A stretch of DNA of 64,000 bases from an uncultured Bordetella sp. (GTDB lineage: Bacteria > Pseudomonadota > Gammaproteobacteria > Burkholderiales > Burkholderiaceae_A): contig CAZKWK010000001.1 in the NCBI GenBank assembly GCA_964556335.1, positions 46,681 to 110,680 on the forward strand. The letters are read 5' to 3'. The translations under genes and the position numbers were made by a program. The stretch's first letter is position 1. Every line of letters begins with the position of its first letter. The notes under the pieces are model-generated. The model had not been told where the DNA came from. It saw only the letters and a program-made list of their open reading frames with translations, and did not search any database. Below, in pieces: positions 51,714-62,260 of this stretch.

Positions 51714-53003
51714 TTAGTGCGGACGATTGGGCGGCGGCTGCACATCAAAGCCGAAGAGCTCCGGAAGCATCTCGGCGGCCCGATCGCGGGTCTGTGCATC
51801 CGGGCTCGAGAGGCTGGCATAGGCGCCGTGCAGGAGCTTTTGCGACATGCTGTGGGCCAGTGCCTTAAGGACATCTTCCACTGGCTCGCCTCGGGCCAGA
51901 AGTCGTTGGGCATGCTGAAGCTCCAGGCTCTGTAACTTTTCCGCATGGGCGGTGAGCGACTTAATGAGTGGTACCTGTGCCCGCACCGATTTCCATTGCA
52001 GGTACGACTGCACGCCGTGGTCGATGATGGCCTCGGCATGGCCCACCGCATGCTGGCGGGCCTGTACGCCTTCTTTCACAAGTTCCGCGAGGTCATCGAC
52101 GGTGTAGACGAAGGCATCGGAGAGATGGGCAACCTCTGCTTCAATATCGCGTGGTACGGCCAGATCCACTATAAAGAGGGGGCGGTGGCGGCGCTTTTTT
52201 AAGGCCCGCTCTACCATTCCCAGCCCCACGATCGGCAGGCTGCTCGCGGTGCAGCTCACGACAATGTCAAACTCGGCCAGCCGGTCGGGAAGTTCCGCAA
52301 GCGCAATCGCATGGCCCCCGTACTCACGCGCTAAGGCCTCGCCTTTGTGTACCGTGCGATTCGCGACGGCGAGTGCCTTGGGCCGCTGGGCAGCAAAATG
52401 CGAGATGCAGAGCTGAATCATTTCGCCAGCGCCAATGAAGAGCATCGTGGTCTGCGACAGGTCGCCGAAAATTCTCTGGGCGAGCTTCACCGAGGCCGCA
52501 GCCATCGAGATGGAGTGCGCGCCGATCTCAGTGTTGCTGCGTACTTCTTTGGCGACGGAGAAGGCCTGCTGAAAAAGATGGTGGAGGTTTGATCCGAGGC
52601 TGCCTACATCCTGGGCTTCGCGCGCCGCCTGCTTGAGTTGGCCGAGAATCTGTGGCTCACCCAACACCATGGAATCGAGCCCGCTTGCGACCCGAAAGAC
52701 ATGTCGTACCGCCTGCTGTTCTTGGTGTTGGTAGAGATGGCCCACCAGGTCGTCGGTTCGTACTTTGGAGCGATGGGCGAGCCAGTCGATGGCCTGCGCT
52801 TGTGCGGCGGCGGGACTCGGACTGGCCAGGTAGAGTTCGGTGCGATTGCAGGTGGAGACCAGGGCCTGCTCGGGGGCATGGCGGCCGAGCACCTGGCGCA
52901 GCTCAGAGAGGCTCGCTCGCAGGGCCTCACCGGGAAAAGCAAGCCGCTCCCGCAAGGCCAGCGGGGCCGACTGGTGGTTCAGGCCAAAGGCAAAAAGCTG
53001 CAT
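51714..53003 (-). CDS. hemA: Glutamyl-tRNA reductase
   Basis: 429 aa. STCNRTELY active-site Cys, NADPH-binding IGAGEM, and the conserved hemA-prfA-prmC order. Confidence 0.95.
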   Translation of the reverse strand: MQLFAFGLNHQSAPLALRERLAFPGEALRASLSELRQVLGRHAPEQALVSTCNRTELYLASPSPAAAQAQAIDWLAHRSKVRTDDLVGHLYQHQEQQAVRHVFRVASGLDSMVLGEPQILGQLKQAAREAQDVGSLGSNLHHLFQQAFSVAKEVRSNTEIGAHSISMAAASVKLAQRIFGDLSQTTMLFIGAGEMIQLCISHFAAQRPKALAVANRTVHKGEALAREYGGHAIALAELPDRLAEFDIVVSCTASSLPIVGLGMVERALKKRRHRPLFIVDLAVPRDIEAEVAHLSDAFVYTVDDLAELVKEGVQARQHAVGHAEAIIDHGVQSYLQWKSVRAQVPLIKSLTAHAEKLQSLELQHAQRLLARGEPVEDVLKALAHSMSQKLLHGAYASLSSPDAQTRDRAAEMLPELFGFDVQPPPNRPH

Positions 53004-53064
53004 AGGGCCCTGATTCTACGAGAATTAGCCGGTCTTGTACCGGTTTTACAGAAAAATTGTCTGT

Positions 53065-53826
53065 CTAGGTTGACACTTCTGGGTGTGGGGTCAGGGTGTC
53101 GAGCCGGTAGCCTTGGCCATAGACGGGCGCCAGCCGAAACCCCTGGTCAGTGGTCAGTTGCAGCTTGCGGCGAAGCCGCGAGACATGGGTGTCGATCGTG
53201 CGGGTCTCGACCTGCGGGGCCGTCTGCCAGACCCGCCGGCGAAGTTCCTCGCGGCTGACGGTCTGTCCTGTCCTCGAGAAGAAGAGCAATGCCGCATCAA
53301 ACTCTTTGTCGGTGAGCGCGACCGGTATTCCATGTCGCGCGATCTGGCGAAGTTTTGGGGAGATCCGAAAACAGCCCACCGTGTGCGGGGCGGCATTCTC
53401 GGGATCTACCCCGGTCATAGCCGCAGCGGATCGCCGCCGCCGATGGGCGGCTCCGATCCGGGCGATAAGCTCACGGGCGCGAAACGGTTTGAGCACGTAG
53501 TCTTCTGCCCCGAGGGCAAAGGCCTTTTCGAGATTCCCCTCGTCGATCAGACCCGTAACAACGAGGCTTGCGGTGTGTCTGCCATCTGCCGCGGGAGTGG
53601 ACGTTGAAAGCCTCTCGAGCAGCTCTATGCCTGTCAGGTCGGGCAGCCGCATGTCGATGAGTGCCACATCAAAGGCCGCGCGTTGCTGCCGGGCAAGAAA
53701 GTCTTGGCCCCGAGAGAACCGCTGTGTCTTCCAGCCGGCAAGGCCGAGGATGTCTTCGATCTGTTGGGCAAGTCGGCGATCGTCTTCGACGACCGCCGCG
53801 GTTCCCGCTTCTGGGTGGGTAGGCAT
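53065..53826 (-). CDS. OmpR/PhoB-family response regulator with no adjacent kinase
   Basis: 253 aa. The receiver domain has EDD, a phospho-acceptor Asp in ALIDMRLPD, a Thr in VVTG and a Lys in LKPF. The winged-helix C-terminus has TIDTHVSRLRRKL..GYRL. Confidence 0.88.
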   Translation of the reverse strand: MPTHPEAGTAAVVEDDRRLAQQIEDILGLAGWKTQRFSRGQDFLARQQRAAFDVALIDMRLPDLTGIELLERLSTSTPAADGRHTASLVVTGLIDEGNLEKAFALGAEDYVLKPFRARELIARIGAAHRRRRSAAAMTGVDPENAAPHTVGCFRISPKLRQIARHGIPVALTDKEFDAALLFFSRTGQTVSREELRRRVWQTAPQVETRTIDTHVSRLRRKLQLTTDQGFRLAPVYGQGYRLDTLTPHPEVST

Positions 53827-54004
53827 GGGGCAGACTCCTTATGGGGTGCTTTTAGGGAGACCCATTGCAGGGGTCTCGTAGGTCTTAGGAAGTGAAGCCT
53901 ACGGGGCTCTGGGTGGCTCTGCCAAGGCCTCTTTGCCCTAGCGAGCGCTGGACTGTTCGCTTTTTTGACCCTGTCAGTGGGGTCTTACACTGCCCAGGGG
54001 AGTC

Positions 54005-55528
54005 TCAGCCAGCCCGCGTTCCCAAAAAGAGGGCATAGGCGGGGTGATGCGACTCATTCCAGTACCGATAGCCGAGGTTCTTGAGAAAAGCCGCGAACTC
54101 TGCCTCTTCATCCTCGGGCACCTGGATACCCACGAGAATGCGTCCATAGTCGGCGCCATGGTTGCGGTAATGAAAGAGCGAGATATTCCAGGCGGGGTTC
54201 ATCTGGGTCAGAAATCGCATCAGTGCGCCCGGCCGCTCGGGGAACTCGAACCGAAAGAGGCGCTCGTCCTTTGCCAGAGGTGAGTGCCCACCCACCAGGT
54301 GGCGCAGGTGCGACTTGGCTACTTCATCGTCAGAGAGGTCGAGCGTGGCAAAGCCTTGGTCGGAAAGTCGATGGGCCACGGCCTGGGCCTCGGCACGGTC
54401 GCGTACCTCCAGGCCCACAAAAATATGGGCCTGCGTAGCGTCGGCGATGCGGTAGTTGAACTCAGTGACATTGTGGCCACCGAGCGTCCCACAGAAGCGT
54501 TTGAAGCTGCCGCGCTCTTCGGGAATGGTGACCGCAAACACGGCCTCGCGTTGCTCGCCGATCTCGCTGCGTTCGCTCACAAACCGCAGCCGGTCAAAGT
54601 TCATGTTGGCCCCGCAGGCAATGGCCACCAGCGTCTGGTTGGCAGCCCCCCGTTGGGCGACCCAGGCCTTGAGTCCGGCAATCGCTAAGGCGCCCGCGGG
54701 CTCTTGAATCGCCCGGGTGTCTTCATAGACGTCTTTAATGGCGGCGCAGACTGCGTCGGTATCGACCCGAATGATCTCATCGACATACTTCTGCACCAGC
54801 CGAAAAGTCTCTTCGCCCACCTGCTTGACAGCAGTGCCATCGGAGAAGAGCCCGACCTCAGAGAGCATGACGCGGGTGCCCTGTTCAATCGACTGGGCCA
54901 TTGCATCGGAGTCGATCGTCTGCACCCCAATAATCTTGGTCTCGGGCCGCAGCTGCTTCACCAGGGCCGCCACCCCGGAGATGAGCCCACCGCCCCCAAT
55001 GGCAATAAAAATGGCATCGATGGGGTCGGCGTGTTGGCGGAGAATCTCCAGCCCAATCGTGCCTTGCCCGGCAATGACATCCGGGTCGTCGAAGGGATGC
55101 ACAAAGGTGAGGCCCTGGTCTTTCTGTAGGGTGAGGGCATGGGCGTAGGCATCGGAGTACGAGTCGCCCTGCAGAATCACCTCTGCGCCGCGCTGCCGGA
55201 CAGCCTGAATCTTTACCGAAGGGGTGGTAACCGGCATCACGATGACGGCACGGCAGCCCAGTTGCTGGGCCGCCAAGGCTACCCCCTGGGCATGGTTGCC
55301 CGCAGAGGCGGCAATCACGCCCTTGCCACGTTGCGCCGCTGTGAGGTGGGCCATCTTGTTGTACGCACCCCGCAGCTTGAAGGAGAAGACGGGCTGGGTA
55401 TCCTCACGCTTAAGCCAGACCCGTGCGCCAAGTCGCCGACTCAGATTGGGGGCGGGCTCCAGGGGTGTTTCGATCGCCACATCGTAGACGCGGGCAGTAA
55501 GAATTCTTCGTAGGTAGTCGGCTCCCAT
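54005..55528 (-). CDS. ilvA: Biosynthetic threonine dehydratase
   Basis: 507 aa. PLP-Lys motif (SFKLRGA) and two C-terminal ACT-like regulatory repeats. Confidence 0.94.
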   Translation of the reverse strand: MGADYLRRILTARVYDVAIETPLEPAPNLSRRLGARVWLKREDTQPVFSFKLRGAYNKMAHLTAAQRGKGVIAASAGNHAQGVALAAQQLGCRAVIVMPVTTPSVKIQAVRQRGAEVILQGDSYSDAYAHALTLQKDQGLTFVHPFDDPDVIAGQGTIGLEILRQHADPIDAIFIAIGGGGLISGVAALVKQLRPETKIIGVQTIDSDAMAQSIEQGTRVMLSEVGLFSDGTAVKQVGEETFRLVQKYVDEIIRVDTDAVCAAIKDVYEDTRAIQEPAGALAIAGLKAWVAQRGAANQTLVAIACGANMNFDRLRFVSERSEIGEQREAVFAVTIPEERGSFKRFCGTLGGHNVTEFNYRIADATQAHIFVGLEVRDRAEAQAVAHRLSDQGFATLDLSDDEVAKSHLRHLVGGHSPLAKDERLFRFEFPERPGALMRFLTQMNPAWNISLFHYRNHGADYGRILVGIQVPEDEEAEFAAFLKNLGYRYWNESHHPAYALFLGTRAG

Positions 55529-55618
55529 AGCCGGTATCTTAATTCGCCTGGGGTTTTAGGGCTTTCGGGGTCAGTGGCGTGCGCCCGACCCGCAGCCGGC
55601 GGGTACACTAGGTTGGCT

Positions 55619-58600
55619 ATGAACGCCCCCTTGTCCCCCGCTGTCTTGTTGGCCGCCCAGGCGGCCGAAGGTCCCCAGGCGTCTCGCCTGCGTGAGATCC
55701 CATACAACTACACCTCATTTTCTGACCGCGAAATTGTCTGCCGGGTCTTAGGCGAACGGGCCTGGGCCCTTGTCTCCGAACTGCGTGAAGAGCGCAAAAC
55801 GGGTCGCTCGGCGCGCATGCTCTACGAGGTGCTTGGCGATATCTGGGTGGTGTCGCGCAACCCGTATCTTCAAGACGACCTTTTAGATAATCCCCGCCGA
55901 CGCGCGCAGCTGATTCAGGCGCTGCGGCATCGGCTCTCCGAGATTCAGAAGCGCCGTGATCGGAGCAGCGAGGGCGGCGTGCCTGGGTCTGAGGCGGCGG
56001 GCGCCGACGACCGCGTGGGCCGAGACCGGCGTGTCGCTGAGCTACTGGGCCTCGCCCAAGAGGCCGTGGCCCGTTTTGATGCCTCGTTTACCCAGACCGC
56101 GGCCTTGCGCAGGCGGGTTATGAAGGCCTTGTCGCGGGTCACCGACCCCCAGAACATTAAGTTTGATGGGCTCTCGCGTGTCTCGCATGTGACTGATGCC
56201 ACCGACTGGCGGGTGGAATATCCCTTTGTGGTCCTCACGCCCGACTCCGAGGCCGAGATGGCCCCGATTGTGAAGGCCTGCATCGACTTAGGCCTCACCA
56301 TTATTCCTCGGGGAGGCGGCACCGGCTACACCGGCGGTGCGATTCCCTTAACGCCGCAGTCGGTAGTCATTAATACCGAGAAGCTTGAGGCCCTAGGCCC
56401 CGTGATCCGCCAGCAGCTGCCGGGGCTCACGCATGACGTGGCAACGATCTATGCTGCTGCCGGCGTGGTCACGCGTCGGGTGTCAGATGCCGCCGACGCG
56501 GCGGGTCTTGTTTTCGCGGTGGATCCCACCTCGGCGGATGCCTCCTGCGTGGGCGGCAACATAGCCATGAATGCGGGCGGTAAGAAGGCAGTGCTCTGGG
56601 GCACCGCCATCGACAATCTTGCGAGCTGGCGGATGGTCGACCCCAATGGCGACTGGATCGAAGTGACCCGCCTAGGCCACAACATGGGCAAGATCCACGA
56701 TGCGGACTGGGCCGAGTTCGAAATCTGTCGGTATGCCCCAAACCAGCTGGTATCGCACGACCCAGTAGGGCTGGGGCGGCCAGGCCGCCATGGGCTGGAG
56801 ATCTGCCGATTCGAAGGCCCGCCCGTCGAGCGCCGCCACCTGAAGATCGAGGGCCACCGGTTTCGCCGTCTGGGCCTGGGCAAAGATGTCACCGACAAGG
56901 TGTTGGGCGGCCTGCCTGGTATTCAGAAAGAGGGCTGCGACGGCCTGATTACCAGTTGTGTTTGGGTGCTGCATCGTATGCCCGACCATGTGCGCACGGT
57001 CTGTCTCGAATTCTTTGGCAATGCCCAGGAGGCGGTGCCCTCGATTGTCGAGATCAAAAATTATCTCGACACTCAGCCGGGCGGCGCCTTGCTTGCCGGC
57101 CTCGAGCACCTCGATGAACGCTACCTGCGGGCAGTGGGCTACAGCACCAAGAGTAAGCGCGGGTCGTTACCAAAAATGGTTCTCATCGGCGACATTGTCG
57201 GCGATGATGAGGCGGCGGTTGCGCGTGCGGCCTCGGAAGTGATTCGGCTTGCCAACGGGCGTTCGGGCGAGGGCTTTGTGGCCGTATCGGCCGATGCCCG
57301 CAAGGTCTTCTGGGCAGACCGCAACCGTACGGCGGCCATTGCACGGCATACCAACGCCTTTAAGATCAACGAAGACGTGGTGATTCCGCTGCCCCGCATG
57401 GGCGAATACACCAATGCCATTGAGCGCATCAACATTGAGCTTTCTTTATCGAACAAGCTCAAGCTCACCCGTGCCCTGATGCAGGCCTTAAACGATGTGG
57501 CCGATAAGGGCGTCTTGATGCTCAACAAGGGCGATGAGGGCGAAAGTGCGGAGGACCAGCAGACCGCACTCGACCAGCGGCTTGCTGAAGGCCGCACGCT
57601 TCTGAAGTCGGTCGAGGACCGGTGGGCCTTTATGGCCGCCCATCTCGATGCGCGGGCGACCGACCACGCCCAGGCCCTGGTAGAACGCGGCGTGGCAGTT
57701 GCCGAATTGCCCGAGGACAGGCGTTCGGCGAGGCTTGCGGAATTACTTCAAGACCGCAGCCTGCGCGTCTCCTGGAAGCGCGAGCTGCGCGATGGCTTTC
57801 GCCGCTTGTTTCCGGGCCTAGCCTACGCCCCTGTCGTCGAGTTGCTCGAGGCTACCCACAAGAAGGTCTTGCGTTCGCGGGTCTTTGTAGCCCTGCACAT
57901 GCATGCTGGTGATGGCAATGTGCACACCAATATTCCGGTCAATTCTGACGACTACGAAATGCTGCAAGAGGCCCATGCGGCGGTGGCCCGCATCATGCAG
58001 GTGGCCAAAGAGTTAGATGGGGTTATCTCCGGCGAACACGGTATTGGCATTACCAAGATGGAGTTCCTCACGCCCGAGGAAAAAAAGGCGTTTGCCGACT
58101 ACAAGCAGCAGGTGGATCCGCACCAGCGGTTCAATGCGGGCAAGTTGCTCGAGGGCGGCGATCTGCGCAACGCCTATACGCCGTCGTTTGGCCTGATGGG
58201 GGCAGAGAGCCTGATACTGCAGCAAAGCGACATTGGCTCGATTGCCGACTCGTTTGCCAATTGTCTGCGGTGCGGCAAATGTAAGCCCGTCTGCGCCACC
58301 CATGCGCCGCGAGCGAATCTGCTCTATTCGCCGCGGAACAAGATTCTTGCCACCTCGCTGCTCATCGAGGCCTTCTTGTATGAAGAACAGACGCGGCGGG
58401 GGGTGAGCATCGCCCACTGGGAAGAGTTTGGCGATGTCGCTGACCACTGCACGGTCTGCCACAAATGCGTGACGCCGTGCCCGGTGGATATTGATTTCGG
58501 CGAGGTCTCTATGAACATGCGCGATCTTCTGCGTCGCATGGGCAAGAAGAAGTTCAATCCGGGTACCGCCGCCTCGATGTTCTTTCTGAATGCGACGCGG

Positions 58601-59674
58601 CCGGAGACCATCGCCCTGACCCGCACCCTGATGATCGAATGGGGCTACAAGGCGCAGCGACTCGCCCACGACCTGCTAAAGAAATTCGCGAAAAAGCAGA
58701 CCGCCAAGCCGCCGGCCACCGTAGGCCGTGCGCCGATCAAGGCGCAGGTGATCCACTTTGTGAACAAGAAGATGCCGGGCAACCTGCCGAAGAAGACCGC
58801 CCGCGCTTTACTCGATATCGAAGACGCCCACTATGTGCCGATTATTCGTGACCCGGTAAAGACCACGAGTGAGGCCGAGGCCGTGTTTTATTTTCCTGGT
58901 TGCGGCTCTGAGCGACTCTTCTCGCAGGTGGGACTCGCGACCCAGGCCATGCTCTGGCAGGTGGGCGTACAGACCGTATTGCCCCCGGGCTATCTCTGCT
59001 GCGGCTATCCCCAGCGAGGCTCCGGCCAGTTCGATAAGGCCAACAAGATCATCACCGACAATCGGGTCTTGTTCCATCGGGTGGCCAACACGCTCAACTA
59101 CCTCGACATCAAGACGGTGGTGGTGTCCTGCGGCACCTGTTACGACCAGCTTGCGGGCTACGAGTTTGACAAGATCTTCCCCGGCTGCCGCATTTTGGAT
59201 ATCCACGAATACCTTTTAGAAAAGGGCGTACGGCTTGAGGGGGTGACCGGTGTGCGATACATGTACCACGACCCCTGCCACAGCCCTATGAAGCAGCACA
59301 ACCCTCTGAAGGTAGTGAACAACTTGATCAATAGCGAGGTCAACGGCAAGGTCGAGAAGAACGACCGCTGCTGTGGCGAGTCGGGCACCTTCGCTGTGGC
59401 CCGCCCCGATGTCTCCACCCAGGTGCGGTTTCGTAAAGAAGCCGAGATGCGCGCTGGGGCAGAGAAGGTTCGGGCTGGCGATGAGAACCAGGCTGTGAAG
59501 ATTCTCACCGCCTGCCCTTCGTGTATGCAGGGTCTGAATCGCTACACCGGGGACACCGGCGTGGAGGCCGACTACATTGTTGTTGAACTTGCCCGCGCAC
59601 TCTTGGGCGAGCAGTGGCTCGAAGACTATGTGGCACGGGCCAACGCCGGGGGGATTGAGCGGGTGTTGGTCTAG
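55619..59674 (+). CDS. DUF3683 / FAD-linked oxidase (GlcD-like) / 2x[4Fe-4S] / 2xCCG (GlcF-like) fusion oxidoreductase
   Basis: 1351 aa from MNAPLSP. The N-terminus carries [16 protein letters not shown]. The FAD_binding_4 region is [14 protein letters not shown]. The ferredoxin motifs are [11 protein letters not shown] and [12 protein letters not shown]. The Cys-rich CCG-type repeats are FPGCGSE and HDPCHS. Confidence 0.85.
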   Translation: MNAPLSPAVLLAAQAAEGPQASRLREIPYNYTSFSDREIVCRVLGERAWALVSELREERKTGRSARMLYEVLGDIWVVSRNPYLQDDLLDNPRRRAQLIQALRHRLSEIQKRRDRSSEGGVPGSEAAGADDRVGRDRRVAELLGLAQEAVARFDASFTQTAALRRRVMKALSRVTDPQNIKFDGLSRVSHVTDATDWRVEYPFVVLTPDSEAEMAPIVKACIDLGLTIIPRGGGTGYTGGAIPLTPQSVVINTEKLEALGPVIRQQLPGLTHDVATIYAAAGVVTRRVSDAADAAGLVFAVDPTSADASCVGGNIAMNAGGKKAVLWGTAIDNLASWRMVDPNGDWIEVTRLGHNMGKIHDADWAEFEICRYAPNQLVSHDPVGLGRPGRHGLEICRFEGPPVERRHLKIEGHRFRRLGLGKDVTDKVLGGLPGIQKEGCDGLITSCVWVLHRMPDHVRTVCLEFFGNAQEAVPSIVEIKNYLDTQPGGALLAGLEHLDERYLRAVGYSTKSKRGSLPKMVLIGDIVGDDEAAVARAASEVIRLANGRSGEGFVAVSADARKVFWADRNRTAAIARHTNAFKINEDVVIPLPRMGEYTNAIERINIELSLSNKLKLTRALMQALNDVADKGVLMLNKGDEGESAEDQQTALDQRLAEGRTLLKSVEDRWAFMAAHLDARATDHAQALVERGVAVAELPEDRRSARLAELLQDRSLRVSWKRELRDGFRRLFPGLAYAPVVELLEATHKKVLRSRVFVALHMHAGDGNVHTNIPVNSDDYEMLQEAHAAVARIMQVAKELDGVISGEHGIGITKMEFLTPEEKKAFADYKQQVDPHQRFNAGKLLEGGDLRNAYTPSFGLMGAESLILQQSDIGSIADSFANCLRCGKCKPVCATHAPRANLLYSPRNKILATSLLIEAFLYEEQTRRGVSIAHWEEFGDVADHCTVCHKCVTPCPVDIDFGEVSMNMRDLLRRMGKKKFNPGTAASMFFLNATRPETIALTRTLMIEWGYKAQRLAHDLLKKFAKKQTAKPPATVGRAPIKAQVIHFVNKKMPGNLPKKTARALLDIEDAHYVPIIRDPVKTTSEAEAVFYFPGCGSERLFSQVGLATQAMLWQVGVQTVLPPGYLCCGYPQRGSGQFDKANKIITDNRVLFHRVANTLNYLDIKTVVVSCGTCYDQLAGYEFDKIFPGCRILDIHEYLLEKGVRLEGVTGVRYMYHDPCHSPMKQHNPLKVVNNLINSEVNGKVEKNDRCCGESGTFAVARPDVSTQVRFRKEAEMRAGAEKVRAGDENQAVKILTACPSCMQGLNRYTGDTGVEADYIVVELARALLGEQWLEDYVARANAGGIERVLV

Positions 59675-59744
59675 CGGATTTCGCGAGTCAGCCCAACCAG
59701 TGCGGTGCGTTTACAGCCGCCCGAAGGGCGTTGAAGGGTTGCGA

Positions 59745-61085
59745 CTAAGCCGGTGGGGCGGCCACCGCGTTTGCCGGGTGCTCTCTGGTCTGTAGCCGCG
59801 TGCTGGGAAATCGCAGGGAGAAGCAACTGCCCTGTCCGACCGTACTCTCAATCTTCAGTTCGGCCCCATGTCGTGAGGCCACATGTTTGACAATAGCAAG
59901 CCCCAATCCCGTGCCGCCGGTTTCCCGTGACCGGCCCTTGTCAATCCGATAGAACCGCTCGGTAAGTCGCGAGAGATGCTGAGATTCAATGCCCGGGCCG
60001 CTGTCCCGCACGCTAAAGAGCGCTGCGCCATCCGGCGTGGTCTGCCAGTCGAGTTGGATACTGCCTCCCTTGGGCGTGTATCGCACGGCGTTATTCACCA
60101 GGTTACTAAAGGCACTGTAGAGCTCACGCTCCTCCCCGAGCACGGCGGCGGGGCCTGTGATCGTGGAGCCTGTCGAAATCTCGTGGCTGTCGTGGCTGAG
60201 TGCCTGGGCCTCACGCACCAGTCGGGCAAGCATGGTTGGCATCGAAATGGGCGTGTCGCCCGGAGGTGTCTGTTCCGTCTCCAGTCGCCCGAGGGTCAGC
60301 AGATCGTCAATGAGGCGCTGCATACGCTCTGCCTGATCTCCCATCGTCGACAGCGCCTGACCTCTCTGTGCCTTATCGAGCGGTAGGTCTCGGAGGGTCT
60401 CAATGTATCCCGCAAGCACGGTAAGCGGCGTCTTGAGTTCATGGGAGACATTCGCCACAAAGTCACGCCGCGTGGTCTCGAGCCGTTCGATCTGGGTAAT
60501 GTCGCGGGTGAGCAGGAGTCGTTCGCTCTGGCCGTAGGCAATGACCTGGAGCTGCAGGATCCGGTCTGGCTGGGGCACCCCCCGAAGCACTACCGGACTC
60601 TTCCACTGACCAGACTCGAGATACTTTACGAAGTCGGGGTGGCGTAAGAGGTTGAGAATATTTCGGCCCAGATCGGCCTGGGCCTTGAGTCCTAGGTGCT
60701 GCTCTGCCCGCAGACTCGCGTAAGTAATCTGGTGGTGATCATCCAGCGATACCACCCCATCGGGCATGGCGTCGGTCACGCTACGAAAGCTCTTTAGCAT
60801 CTCCTGGAGTTGCGACTGCTGCCGCTCGTAGGATCGGGCCAGTCGATAGACAGCGGCATAGAGCAGGTCCCAGGTGCCGAGCCCCGTCGGCACATTGCCC
60901 AGCCGAAAATCATTCAGCCATCGCACCATCTTCTCGAGGTGCCAGACCTGAAAACCCACCCAAAAACCCATGCCGACGGCGATGACCCAGAGCCCCGCAT
61001 TGCCGCCTGCGACGAGCTGGAAAAACCCGGCCACCAGGCCAATGCCCAGAAAGATCATGCAGATGCGAAACCAGAACCCCGTCAT
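59745..61085 (-). CDS. phoR: Phosphate regulon sensor histidine kinase
   Basis: 446 aa. Two N-terminal TM helices, a PAS region, the H-box FVANVSHELKTPLT, and N and G boxes. It lies directly downstream of phoB. Confidence 0.9.
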   Translation of the reverse strand: MTGFWFRICMIFLGIGLVAGFFQLVAGGNAGLWVIAVGMGFWVGFQVWHLEKMVRWLNDFRLGNVPTGLGTWDLLYAAVYRLARSYERQQSQLQEMLKSFRSVTDAMPDGVVSLDDHHQITYASLRAEQHLGLKAQADLGRNILNLLRHPDFVKYLESGQWKSPVVLRGVPQPDRILQLQVIAYGQSERLLLTRDITQIERLETTRRDFVANVSHELKTPLTVLAGYIETLRDLPLDKAQRGQALSTMGDQAERMQRLIDDLLTLGRLETEQTPPGDTPISMPTMLARLVREAQALSHDSHEISTGSTITGPAAVLGEERELYSAFSNLVNNAVRYTPKGGSIQLDWQTTPDGAALFSVRDSGPGIESQHLSRLTERFYRIDKGRSRETGGTGLGLAIVKHVASRHGAELKIESTVGQGSCFSLRFPSTRLQTREHPANAVAAPPA

Positions 61086-61111
61086 GGACAGGATTATGCG
61101 GCCGTGCGGGT

Positions 61112-61819
61112 TTAGGCGGCGGAGCCCCCTGAGGGCAGGGCGGTGAATCGATAGCCGCTGCCGCGTACGGTCTCTACATGCCGGTCATGGCCCGTACCAA
61201 TAAGCGCCTGCCGGAGTCGACGGATATGCACATCCACCGTACGCTCTTCCACAAAGACATGGTCACCCCAGACATGGTCCAGCAGCTGGCTGCGGCTGTG
61301 CACACGCTCCGGATGGGTCATAAAGAAGTGCAAGAGTCGAAATTCGGTCGGCCCGAGGTCAAGGGGCTGTCCCTTGGCGCTGACCCGGTGGGTCTGTGGG
61401 TCAAGCCGCAGGCCCGCGATTTCTACCGTGTCGTCGGTGAGCTGGGGGGCCCGTCGCCGCAAGACGGCCTTAATGCGGGCCAAGAGTTCTTTGGGCGAAA
61501 AGGGCTTCGTCACGTAATCATCTGCGCCGCTCTCAAGCCCCTCAATCTTGTCGCCTTCTTCAGAGCGGGCGGTGAGCATGATGATGGGAATCCCCGTGGT
61601 CCGCTCATCGGCCCGCAGCCTGCGTGCATACTGAATGCCGCTCGACCCAGGAAGCATCCAGTCGAGCAGCACCAGGTCGGGCAGCTCCGCGCGTATCATC
61701 AGGTCGGCGGCCAGCGTGTCAGCAGCCCGCAAGACCTTATGTCCCGCAAAGCTCAGGTTTACGGCCACCAGTTCGGCGATTGCCGGCTCGTCTTCCACTA
61801 CTAGAATCGTGCTTGCCAT
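61112..61819 (-). CDS. phoB: Phosphate regulon response regulator
   Basis: 235 aa. [18 protein letters not shown] parallels E. coli MARRILVVEDEAPIREMV. Has [11 protein letters not shown] and a winged-helix C-terminus. Confidence 0.93.
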   Translation of the reverse strand: MASTILVVEDEPAIAELVAVNLSFAGHKVLRAADTLAADLMIRAELPDLVLLDWMLPGSSGIQYARRLRADERTTGIPIIMLTARSEEGDKIEGLESGADDYVTKPFSPKELLARIKAVLRRRAPQLTDDTVEIAGLRLDPQTHRVSAKGQPLDLGPTEFRLLHFFMTHPERVHSRSQLLDHVWGDHVFVEERTVDVHIRRLRQALIGTGHDRHVETVRGSGYRFTALPSGGSAA

Positions 61820-61841
61820 ACCCTTAATTTATGCCATGAAG

Positions 61842-61859
61842 ATGACAAGTCAATGACAA
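61842..61859 (-). promoter_or_regulatory. Pho box (PhoB binding site) of the phoBR promoter
   Basis: The minus strand reads TTGTCAT-TGAC-TTGTCAT, against the consensus CTGTCAT-A(A/T)A(T/A)-CTGTCA(C/T). It is followed by CTTCATGG-CATAAATT, a -10-like element, which ends about 7 nt before the phoB ATG. Confidence 0.7.
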
Positions 61860-62260
61860 ACTCGGGCTTTGTTGCATTTCGTCACGACGACACCGCGCCG
61901 GTGCCCCGGTCGATCGTTGTCCACCAGCAGTCGGCGGTGGTGGAGCTCGCCTACGAAGATGGCAGCAGTTTTCGGCTTCCCTTTGAGTTCCTCCGCGTCT
62001 ATTCGCCCTCCGCGGAGGTGGTCGGGCATGGGCCAGGACAAGAGGTCTTGCAGGTGGGCAAGCGCGATGTCACGATTCAGAACCTGGCGCCCGTTGGCCA
62101 GTATGCGGTTCAGCCACACTTCTCTGACGGCCATGACACGGGCCTCTATTCGTGGTCCTATCTCTACTGGCTGGCCCAGCACCAGTCGGCGCTCTGGCAA
62201 GACTATCTCAACCGGCTCGCGGCGGCCGGCGCCACCCGTGAAAGGCAGCCTTCGGCATGA
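61853..62260 (+). CDS. DUF971 domain protein (gamma-butyrobetaine hydroxylase-like N-terminal domain)
   Basis: 135 aa. [21 protein letters not shown] is the characteristic DUF971 core. It overlaps the ubiE start by 4 nt. Confidence 0.75.
   Translation: MTNSGFVAFRHDDTAPVPRSIVVHQQSAVVELAYEDGSSFRLPFEFLRVYSPSAEVVGHGPGQEVLQVGKRDVTIQNLAPVGQYAVQPHFSDGHDTGLYSWSYLYWLAQHQSALWQDYLNRLAAAGATRERQPSA

Noticed and set aside
59719-59731. The CGCCC-GAA-GGGCG hairpin between the fusion oxidoreductase gene and phoR
   Set aside because: A 5-bp stem with a 3-nt loop and only two following T residues is not a convincing intrinsic terminator.
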